64,000 bases of DNA from Anthoceros angustus (Eukaryota > Plantae > Anthocerotophyta), in assembly GCA_010909165.1 (NCBI GenBank), contig VJWM01000044.1, forward strand, positions 930,001-994,000, written 5' to 3'. Below, piece after piece: positions 24,393 to 34,799 of this stretch. Every line of letters starts with the position of its first letter. Position 1 is the stretch's first letter. The notes under the pieces were generated by a model that saw only the letters and a program-made list of their open reading frames with translations, was not told the origin of the DNA and did not search any database. Position numbers and translations under genes: made by a program.

Positions 24393-27300
24393 CACACACA
24401 TTCATCGTTTTACGACTAACTACCCGTAGCATTCAGGGCAGGCGTGGCGACGTTTGAGACCGTTCGCGTCCGTGTCATTCAAGTTTGTCACTCGTCCCTC
24501 TAGTCCGTCCTCTCATCATTCACACTTCACTCACTATCCTTAGGGAAAATTGCGGGTGGGCTGGCAGTCCGGACCTCCTCGCCGCTCTGCCGGGCCTCTC
24601 GTCCAAGGCTCTACACGCCTCCCGGGGTTCCTCAGCTCACACGTTCGATCGTCCAGGCAGGGTCCTTGCTCGGGACGTGAGCAAGGGTCCTCTGCACACA
24701 CCACCACACGTTAGGGTCCGTCACGGGACCTTGATCGATCTCTCGGTCGGCCCTTTCGATGAATTAGGACTCACGTTAACAAGAAGGCACGCAAAGGGCT
24801 GCAAGAACGCAGCATCAACACCAGAGAAAGATACTTTACTTAGAGGCGACCGGCCCTCTTATACTAGAGGTCACGTCTTTATTACACCCCTATTACGGTG
24901 ATGGCCGGCTCGATTGTGCTAATCGGGCCTACCATCTTACGCCCCTCCCCTATCTCCGGCAGTGGGCACTGAGATATATGCCCTTGGTTCTAGCCTCGGC
25001 GCCGATGACCCACTCCTTGCAGTGCAGGCGCCCCAATCGGATGATCCAGCGGGACCCCTTCCTTCCCGAGACCACCAGTTGGGCTCTCGTGGCGGTCTTA
25101 CGGTAGTGGTAACCACCACATCTTCCTCCGTGGCCCAGCAGTGGGTCCCCTCCCAATAAGGGCACTGATTGTTCCCCTTAGTGAGTCGGAGGGTCCCCTC
25201 ACCTTCCCGAGTCTGGGACCTCGAGTCCCGGTCTCGGCTCAGTCCGAACTTGGGGTTCGGACTTATTTCAGTCCGGTCTTCCGTCTCATCTCTGGGGTTC
25301 GGACCTCGAGGTCGAATACAGTCCGTCCTGGTGGACCCCCAACCTCCGGACCACCTCATTGGGAATTAGTCCTCGCCAATGGCTCCTTCCATGGCTCGGA
25401 TCAGGTTGGTTCCTCCTTCCTCACCTCCTTCGGGACCTCGTCCCTACCCTCGATTGGTTGCGGGTACATCTTACCTCTGGAGTCGGTTGTGTTGGCTGGC
25501 GTCGCACCTCTTGGGCTCTTCTCCAGCTCTTTGTCGTCCCCAAACAAGGCCACCAAGGCCCCGTCGTCCCCATGCCCTTCGCCGTGGAGCCCCTTGGGAG
25601 GTTCATCCGATTGCGGTGGGCGCAGGAAGCTTCCATGCCTTGAGGAGCTCGGCGTGGTAGTGGGCGAAATCAGGAGTCGATTCATTTGGATTGCCTCTTC
25701 TGCGCCGGAGCACCGGTACTCCCTTATGGGTGCTCGGAGAGGCGGCGTCTTTGTCAGGCTTGCGATCAGTCGCCACCAGTTTGTCGTCAGGAGTCTCATG
25801 CGAGCGCGAGCGAACCTCTATTACCTCCCGCACTGCGATGCTCGCCTGCTCCGGCTCCGTCGTTTCCGCTCAGCCCTTACTGCCATGGCACAATTCCTCA
25901 CTCCCTTAAGCTGGACCGGTAGCTTCTTATGCGCATCAGGGGCTCACTCCTCCGTTCATTGGCTGGAGCTCCGATCTCTCTTTCAAAGCGGTCCAGTTCC
26001 TTCGATTCAGCGCTTCATCCGGAGTTCTTCTCCATCTCGCGACGTCTGCTCCTTGTTGCCTTATCGCCTCCTCGGTGTGCCAAAGCTAAAGGCGCTCTAT
26101 CGCGCTCTGATCCGCGATCACGCCCGTGAAACCGGCTTGATTCGATTATCTCTTGACGGCTCAAGGTTTTATGCGGTCTTCCATCTCTGGCTGCTCTTCC
26201 GCACTTTTGGCCAGTCAAGATCCTCCATCTCCTTGTAGCGGCCTCCTTCTCCTCTACACGGTGACCCCTAGCACACTCGCCTCTCGAGCTTCCGGGCTGC
26301 ATTGCGGTCCCGCTTCCCTCCAGATTCACGATCCTCCATTGTGATCCACGGTCAGTTTTTAGCCCCAGCCATGCGTATGTCTGAGCCTCCGTGGCTTATA
26401 AGTTCCCAGCCTGGCCGCCTCGGCCCGTCCACTGCCCAATCGCTTGCCCTGGCCTCCTCCGCTGCCTTCTGCCCGCTACCCTCCTCCTCCGCAGGTCCTC
26501 CAATAAACGGTGGGGCGCAGGAAGCTCCATGCCTTGAGGAGCTCAGGCGTGGTAGTGCGAATCAGGAGTCGATTCATTGGATTGCCTCACATCGCCAGCT
26601 TACCCTTCCCGCCATGGGTGCTCGGAGAGGAAGAAGCGTCTTTGTCCGGCTTGCGATAGTCTGCCAGTTTATCAGGGTGAGTCTCGCGAGGCCAGCTGAC
26701 CTCTATTACCTCCACGCAATGGCCGATGCTACGCCTCCAGCTCCGTCGTTCTCAGCAAACTTACTGCCATGGCACACTTCCTCGCCTCCCAATGGACCAA
26801 GTAGCTTCTTATCGCATCCGGGCTCGCCTCCGTTCATTGCTGGAGCTCCGCCATCTCTCTTTCCAAGCAGTCCTTCGATTAAGCGCTTCATCAGTTCTTC
26901 TCAGTCTACGTCTCGCCTGTTCCATCGCCTTACCTCCTCGATGGCAAAGCTAAAGACGCTTATCTGCGCTCGTCGCGGTCACGCCCGTGAAACCCGCCCG
27001 CTTCACGATTACTCTTTGAGCTGCAGCCTCAAGGTTTCTGCGGTCTTTTCTCTACTTGCATCTTCCAGCCACTTTTGGCCTCAGTCGAGATCCTGCATCT
27101 GTGCGGCCTCCTTCTCCTCTACCCAGTGACCCCTAGCACAGCCGCCTCCTCTTGTTCCCTTAGTAAGGCGGTCCACTGCCGTTCCCCTCCACCGTTGCGA
27201 TCTCGGTGATCCCGGTCGGTTTTAGCCGCGCTTCCGCCTCGCCCGCCTTCACCCTGGGCCTCGTGGCTTGGTGTTCGCCTAGCCGCCTCCGCCACGTCCG

Positions 27301-27440
27301 CGCCGCATCCGCTTGCCCTCCGGCCTCCTCGCTTGCCTTACCCCTCCTCCTGCGGAGGTCCTTTGCCCGTGCTTGGGCCTCTCCGTCTTGATTGTTCACA
27401 CACTGAGGGACCTTGAGCAAAGTCTGCCAAATGGACCGGA
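24393..27440 (-). mobile_element. Second and third copies of the element B-associated GC-rich segment
   Basis: Homologous to 15915-17370 and 18425-19440 with many 1-3 nt indels; about 26495-27260 repeats about 25610-26330. Confidence 0.55.
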
Positions 27441-27444
27441 CCTC

Positions 27445-28275
27445 CTCCTCCCGGGGAGGGTGAATTTGGGGTTGTGGTTGGCATTCTCTGTTGCCCGCCC
27501 GTTCGTTTCGGTGAAGGCCTACTCCTCGTCGTATGCAGCGGTGGCCTGCACCTCCACACAGTTACCGATTTTGCCCTTCCTTCCTCAAGTGCTGCTGGTT
27601 TTCCTTCCGTCTGCGACTCGCGATTCCACTGTTCACAGGTTTGCAGAACATATGACCACATGCCATTCCATGGCCCTTGGCTGTAAGCACAAACACTGGC
27701 GAGTGCGATTGCAATTTTGAGCTTACCTTCTCGGCCTTCTCTTTGTTTTGTTTTCCGCCCACTTCCACGCCTCCGATTCGTGCTTGTCACGTTCCTTGGC
27801 TGCCGACCCTCGGCCGTGTAACTCTTCCTTCCCCATGCCTTGCGGGCATTCCCCTTCCTTTCCTCTTAGGCCTCCTCCATCCTCCATAGGTTGCGTCACC
27901 TTTTGGAGCCCATGCGGTCCATGCTCGGCATCGGCTCGGCGGTATGTGTCGGGTACAAAGTTCGGCAGGCGCGTTCACATCTCCATCCTCTTCCACCCCA
28001 CCTCGTGCTCTTCCTCATCGTCACCATGTCGTGGCCGTCGTCATCCATTGGAGGCTGGATCCCGTGGCGGATGTCTCATTTACATCTCGCCTCCATTCCC
28101 ACCGGAGCAACGTTTTTGGCACCATTACACATGCCGTCACCGGTCCCCCCTGCGCCTCCATTGTCCATCCCCCATCTGCGCCACTACTACCTTGATGTCC
28201 GTGCATCGCCATTCCACGGATGTGTACGGCCCCATGTACAACTCACTTACGGCGCCCCTCTCCCTACCATGTTCT
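27445..28275. repeat. Direct duplicate of the CACTA-like element interior
   Basis: Aligns by eye to about 33520-34345; a second piece at 29292-29480 matches about 34525-34700. Confidence 0.85.
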
Positions 28276-28279
28276 TCGT

Positions 28280-29290
28280 TGCCCCGTTTTCCCGAGGCAC
28301 CCAAATCCGTCGTCGGTCGGGCATCTCGATCCGCCAAGGACCATACCAGCGATGCGGGCGAGTCGGGGTGGGCTCTTTGGACCTAATCGGGACCCTTGGG
28401 GTCACAAGTCTTTGAGTCCCGGGCCTCACCTTCCTTAGCCCTCTTGGCGCGCCCCTCTTTCTCCACAGGGCTCGGAGGGTGAGGAGTTACAGGCTAGCGT
28501 TCCCTCTCCCGTGACCCTTCAACGGCTCCCACAGCCGAGGTTAAGTACTCCCCCATCAAGTCTCTTACAGCCACAGCCTTGCTTTTGGATCCGGGTCACA
28601 ATGCACGTATCTTCTTTGATGCCACACTTTTATGCTTCAAGCGTGCGATGCCTCCAAAGAGTTCCACGAGCACTATGCCGTCTTCCAGGGTCGCCATGTG
28701 ATGACACAGGTGTTTAGGTCTAAGCAGGCTCAACCCTAGGCAAGAACTTCTGATTCTCGGCTCATAGGACCTTGGTCCTCTTGCACCATCCTCCACAGCT
28801 TGCGGCTCATTCTTTGCGATCCCACTCGTCAGGTGACTTGAAGAACCTCCTCAGGGTGGTTGCAACCCTAGCTTGTCTTCCTCATCATCAAAATCCCTTG
28901 TAGTTAGTTGCGGTTGTTAGACACACGCCAAGAGGTTCAAAGCATTATTTCTTGACCATGATGCCAAAAAACGGCGCGGGTAGACGTCCTGTGTGCAATG
29001 AGGTTCTCATGATTTTGCCATGCAACTGGAAGGGATGGCAAGCGATCAGTTCTGTTTTGCTCCACTTCTCGACCTGATCCGATAGTAGACATCACCAAAA
29101 TCCATGACTTGTGTTTGTACAAAGCGTCTGCTCGGAAGACATCAAAAGTATCTGCGTCGATTGCCAAAGCAGTGTACTGACAAAGGCGGTGAACCTGTAC
29201 ATTGCGTTTGAATGAACCTTGACCAACCTTGTCACCCCAACACATCTCCGTGGTCCGGTATGATGCGGATCTTCCACTTGGTTTTCCTTC
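28280..29290 (-). mobile_element. Element B pol fragment, copy 3: protease C-terminus, MTase fragment and downstream ORF
   Basis: ORF 28596-28796 contains ATLEDGIVLVELFGGIA; a shifted frame gives RYVHCDPDPKAR. Confidence 0.7.
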
Positions 29291-29479
29291 TCTCGGTCGC
29301 ACCCTGTTTTGTTACTGTCATTTGGTGCTCCATGGCCTACCACACCTTGATGTCCTGTCCTCCCATGGTTGATCGTTCACCTCGTGGCGTCCCTCTCCAT
29401 GTCGGGTTCCACGCCTTCTTGTCCCCGCCATTCGTCCTTCCTTCCGCACATTTGTGCGCGTTTTCTCCACATACGCCCA

Positions 29480-30820
29480 CTCGGACTTTGATGTTGCTCC
29501 TATAGTTGCTCCTGCCATGATAACTCAAACGACTTTGGCATCTTGGCATAGGTTCGGGAAGAGGATCGGCTTATTCTTATGTCTTCCGTTGGTGTCAAGA
29601 CATCCTCTTCTTCCTCTCGAGCTATCTTCTCGTAGTATCGAGGTTTCTTCCTGCCCGATCCTGGCCATGTGTAGAGGCTTGCTTGCCATCTTCTTCGTCC
29701 TCGATGATGACTGCCTCTTGATCTTGGCCCGCGCTGACCAACTGCGGCGTAGCCGCGTGGCCCATCGCGATGCTTCGCTTTTGTCCACCAGGGACTTGAT
29801 TGCCTCCTGCGCTTTGCTCTTCACGTTGATTTTGTGGATGAGGGTTAGCCGGATGCATTGGTAGGATTCTTCATGCCGATGTACATGCTTCTTGACATCC
29901 GGCCCAGCTGGCGTGGCTCTGCCCAGCTCACTCCCAATCATCTCATGAGGGGAATAGTCATCTTGACTTCCTCACGCAGGGGCTCGTCGCCCAGGGGTGT
30001 GGGTGTGTCTCGTGAGCTCCTCCACTCGACCTCCGTGGAGTAAAATATGACCCACCACTTGTCTTGTGTCCTTCACAGCAATGAGAGAAAGTGTCGGCCA
30101 GACTATGTGGCATCTTACCATCTCGACACTGCCTTGAGGGTGTAGGTTGCTCTTCGTAGCCATGCATGCGCGCATCTGTGATCGGTATGCATGATGCTAT
30201 TGCTCTGGGGATCAGTCCGCCTGATCTTGGGTACAACCCCAGTCGATTCTTGATAAACCCATCTTGATCTCACCGTGCTTGAAGCGCCATTCGGCTGGGA
30301 TCTTACCGTATTCAGATCTTCCACTTCCATTGGAAAATCAACATCTCGATGGATGTGTCGCCGATGGCGCGCAAATCGTTGCCGGTTCCTCTACAACTCG
30401 GCCACTCATTGGTCGCCGTGGAGCTGCTCAATGACCTCAGGCCTTTTCGCGATAACGATGCTTCGTCACGTACTTGATGGGCGACGCTTCGTGTCCAGGC
30501 CTTCAATTCCATCTCCGCACCGTACTTCTCGATGAAGTCCTCCGGTGGCAAGGTGCCGCTCGTCCTGTGAACAACTCCATTCGATCCTTGTCTCCTCCCA
30601 TCTTGGCGACTCCAAGAGACAAGTCCTCCTGTCGCTTGAGTTGTCCGGCACTAACGTGTCTTGTGTGTTGCCACTCACAGATCCTTCAAAGATTGTTGAT
30701 TGTGTCTGGGTTCCTCCGTCCTTCGGTGGTACCAAAATCGAGGTGTTCGCACTTCTCCTCTTGGTCGGGACTTGAATTGCTGATGGACTTGAGTTGGCTA
30801 GTGGGATCGGTGTATGGGCA
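29480..30820 (-). mobile_element. Element B gag-like region, degenerate
   Basis: Broken ORFs (e.g. PEDFIEKYGAEMELKAWTRSVAHQVRDEA) lying between the LTR and the protease; assigned mainly by position. Confidence 0.45.
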
Positions 30821-30849
30821 TGGGGCGGTTAGCTGGCTAGATCGAACCT

Positions 30850-32203
30850 TGAGTTAACACACCCGCTATCTTAGATCGCGATTATTGAAACTTTCGTAGC
30901 ATCTGTCATACAAAATTGTAAATCTACATGGCCTGCGAAATAAGTGGATTGGATAGCAGGCAAGAACTCAGGAAATAAGCATAGTCAAAGCGATGATGAC
31001 TGGATGGGGTCAAATTAGGAGTTTTGGATGAGAAAGTGAAATCAAATGGTGATGGCCATGCGTATCTATCCGCTCTCCTTATCCTTGGAATCAGGGCCCA
31101 AGAGTAAAATACTCTTGTTTCTCCTTGGTTGGTTGGCCTTAAAAGGCTGCAGCCATGTGGAGGCTCATTATCTCCTTGGTAGGGCTTCTTCGCCTCCTCC
31201 TCCTTGGCCTTGGACTTGGGCTTCTTCGCCTCCTTGGCCTTGACGCTTCTTCGCCTCCTGGCCTTGGCTTCTTCTCCTCCTCTCTCCTGGCCTTGGACTT
31301 GGGCGCCTCTCCTTGGCCTTGACTTGGGCTTCTTCGCCTCTCCTTGGCCTTGGGCTTGGGCCTCCTCTCGCCTCTTGGGCTCCCTCCTGGCCTTGACTTG
31401 GGCTGCCTCTCCTTGGCCTTGGGCTTGAGCCTCCTCCTCGCTTGGGCTTGGTCCTCTAGGCCTCAAGCCTTGGGCACACTTCAGAGTCCCCTACTTGCTT
31501 AAAGAGCGGCCTCGCCTAGCACGCCTAGCATCCTAGCATCGCCCAGTAGCCTAGCATCACAGCATCGCCCAGCACCTAGCATCCTAGCATCACACTAAGC
31601 CTAGCACGCCTATCTAGTGTACACACCGAGATCATAGCAACAACAGGGAGTAGCTCGCACGCCGTGGCACAAACACACTCTCCCACGAGAACAACACGCA
31701 AATTCCTCACACATCGCTCTGAGTCATAGCTTTCCTCACTCCTGCATTGCGTGCTAGGACAGGCTGCCGATCACGAGCTTGTCCTCAATGGAAGGGTCTA
31801 TATATAGATCTGTGCATATTATAAGATATCCTATTGGTATCAAGATATGCCGGAAATATCCTAAGAATACATCTTATAATATGCAGGAATATGCCAAAGC
31901 ATATTCAGAGCTTATCCACTTAAATGTATTATCCTAAGAATACACTATAATATGCAAGGAATATGCCAAAGCATATTCATGAGCTTATCAACTATGTACT
32001 CATGTTTAATTAACACTAATCAATAATGGCTTAATTAACATAAGCACATTAGATTAATTAACCTTGTCATCTTAATTAACATAAGATGCCGATTAATTAA
32101 CACCACTTAAAGATAATAATTAGTTAATTAATGCTAATCAAACACTAAACCCAAGTGCGGAGATTAGTATCGCGCGGCAGCGGGTTCAGAACCGAAATAT
32201 ACA
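30850..32203 (-). mobile_element. Putative 5' LTR of element B
   Basis: Minus strand TGTATATTTC...GTTAACTCA; TATATATAG near 31798; internal GCCTTGG(A/C)CTTGG repeats at 31180-31450 and CCTAGCA repeats at 31515-31610. No second copy seen in the window. Confidence 0.45.
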
Positions 32204-32539
32204 AAAGGCGAACACAAGCGGCCGGTGCAGAGTGTCTGTGGAAGCGACCAATCGCTACACGCAAACAGGCATGTTTGTCATCATGCCACTAATCTCTTAG
32301 TTGGCAAGGGAGGAAGGGCACGTGGCGAGCAGGAGGAGTAGTATGTCCCGGCGTCGGAGGCATGCCATGTGCATCCATGGTATTGCGGCATGTATGTGGC
32401 CGTCCGGAAGCGAGAGGATTGGTGGCAAGGCCCATGCTTCGACAGCAGGAATGGCAGGCCGCCCAGGCCCATGCAAATTGGTGGTCAATATCCTATCAAC
32501 TCCAGCGGGTATTATCGCACAAACCACATAAACCGACCT

Positions 32540-32712
32540 CAAACTCAACATAGGATGTTGTTGAAAAAGGTTACGCTTTTATGTTACACTTTTGAGCCCT
32601 GGACCCGCGGCTAAGACCTGTAACATGAGCCCGCAAATGGCCCCCATATGTTACATAATAGGGCCAAATTGTAACATAAAAACGTAACAACACCCCCATG
32701 TTTCTAGTAGTG
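32540..32712. mobile_element. Right end of a canonical CACTA element
   Basis: TTTCTAGTAGTG at 32701-32712 (reverse complement CACTACTAGAAA) with TGTTAC/GTAACA subterminal repeats; matching left end not found. Confidence 0.65.
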
Positions 32713-34799
32713 GCGTCACCTTGGCGGCAGCGAAAGGACATCTTCCCCTACTAGAAATGGCCCCCTATGTTACACTTTTTGTTAAGATTTGAACCCCCCC
32801 ATGTTGCAATTATGTTGAAATCTTGGGGTCTTGTTACACTTATTTGGCCCTTGTATGATCGGGCTTGGTAACCAACCTCCATCTTGTTACAATCGCGTTC
32901 TGATCTTGTTGCAATTTTGTTGTAGTGAGAGGCGGTATTTGGCCCTTTCAAAATTTCAACATATTTGCAACAACCAAAGTGTTACACCCTCTTATGTTCT
33001 GATTTTGCGAGGCTTGGTACGAACCTCCTTCCCATGTGGGTTTGCCATTATTGCTTTCATTCCTTTGTTTTCCCTGCCTTTATTGTTGTCGTGTACGGAC
33101 TATAAGTATATAATATGCCTTGGCTTCCAGTGCGTATTGCCCGATGTCATTACTCAAATTTATATCGATGCCTTTTCAAAATTACGTACAAGTGGTATCG
33201 TATTTGTCCACTCCGTTTTGCACGGTGCGGCACGCAAATTTCTGTGGCGTTCGTTTCCACCTTTATTGCCTTTTCACGTCACTCGTATTGCCCTTGTGGG
33301 CGTCCCGTATAGGGTACTTGTTTTGGAAACCCTTACGGTCCACAAGAACAACAAGACGTAGTTTCACCACCCTCGGATAACATGCGGTTCTTTGCATCCA
33401 CATCCAAAATTGGCCCTCCTCAGCTGGATGAATCTACGGCATCCGCATCCGCATCCGCGGTGTCCGTGCTCACTCGTCGAGGAATGAACCGCAATCTCCA
33501 TCCGCGACCTACCGTGCTCCCTCCTCGCGGGAGGGGTGAATTGGGGTTGTGGTTGGCATTCTGCCCGTTCTCGTTTCGGTGAAGGCCTACTCCTCGTCGT
33601 ATGCGTGTGAAGCACCTCCCACACGATTTACCGATTTTGCCCTTCCTTCCTCAAGCGCTGGTTTTTCCTTCCGTCTTTGCACTCGCGATTCCACTGTTTC
33701 ACAAGTTTGCAGAACATATGACCACATGCCATTCCCATGGCCCTTGGCACAAACGTGGCGAGTGCGGTTGCAATTTGCGAGCTTACCTTCCTTCTCTTTG
33801 TTTTGTTTCCGCCCACTTCCGCCTCGATTGCGTGCTTGTCACGTTCCCAGGCTCTGCCTCGGCCGTGTAACTCTTCCTTCCCCATCGCCTTGCGGGCATT
33901 CCCTTCCTTTCCTCTTAGGCCTCCTCCATCCTCCATAGGTTGCGTCACCTTTTGGAGCCCATGCGGTCCATGCTCTCGGCATCGGCTCGGCGGTATGTGT
34001 CGGGTACAAAGTTCGGCAGGCGGCGTTCACATCTCCATCCTCTTCCGCCACCTCCACATCTCCTCTCATCACCATGTCGTGACGCTCGATCTCCATTGGA
34101 GGCTGCTGGATCCCGTGATGATGTCTCATTTACATCTCGCGCCTCCATTCCCTGCCGCGAACGTTTTTGGCACCATTGCGCACATGTCGTCACCCCACGG
34201 TCCCCTCGCCGCCTCCATTGTCCATCCCGCCCATCTGCGCCACTACCGGCCTTGATGTCCCCGCATCACGCCATTCCACGGATGTGGCCCCATGTACAAC
34301 TCACTTACGGTGGCGCCCCTCTCCCTACCATGTTCTTCGTTGCCCCGTTTTGAGGCACCCACCACCATGCCCCCACGATCATGACCATCGCTATGTTACG
34401 CCACAACCACGGCCGTTCGTGGTGTCGTGGGACCACCACCTCATCGCCTCGCCATAGTCGGCGATGTCGATCATGCTGCCCACAGGCACGCTGTCATGAG
34501 TTTGCCCCACCGTAAGCGCTTCTCTCGTCGCACCCTGTTTTGTTACTGTCATTTGGTGCTCCATGGCCTACCACCGCCTTGATGTCCTGTCCTCCCATGG
34601 TTGATCGTTCACCTCGTGACGTCCCTCTCCATGTCGGGTTCCACGCCTTCTTGTCCCCGCCATTCGTCCTTCCTTCCCGCACATTTGTGCGCGTTTTTCT
34701 CCACCACATGCTTGTGGCTCCCCTGCTGGCTCGAATGGCTTCGCCTCACATCTAGCGCCCCTTTGTCCGGAAGGATTGACCCATTCCACTATCCTCCTC

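Noticed and set aside
25141-26238. 365-aa plus-strand ORF as a gene
   Set aside because: Ser/Pro/Leu-rich shadow of a GC-rich repeat; the frame is not conserved in the sister copies at 16.4-17.3 kb and 18.4-19 kb.
28330-28400. RWYGPWRI as an integrase GPY/F motif of element B
   Set aside because: Appears in only one indel-rich copy; the sister copies at about 19690 and 22880 translate differently. Left open, not called.
30838-30850. GGTTCGA (minus strand) as a tRNA T-loop
   Set aside because: No cloverleaf, A-box or acceptor stem around it.
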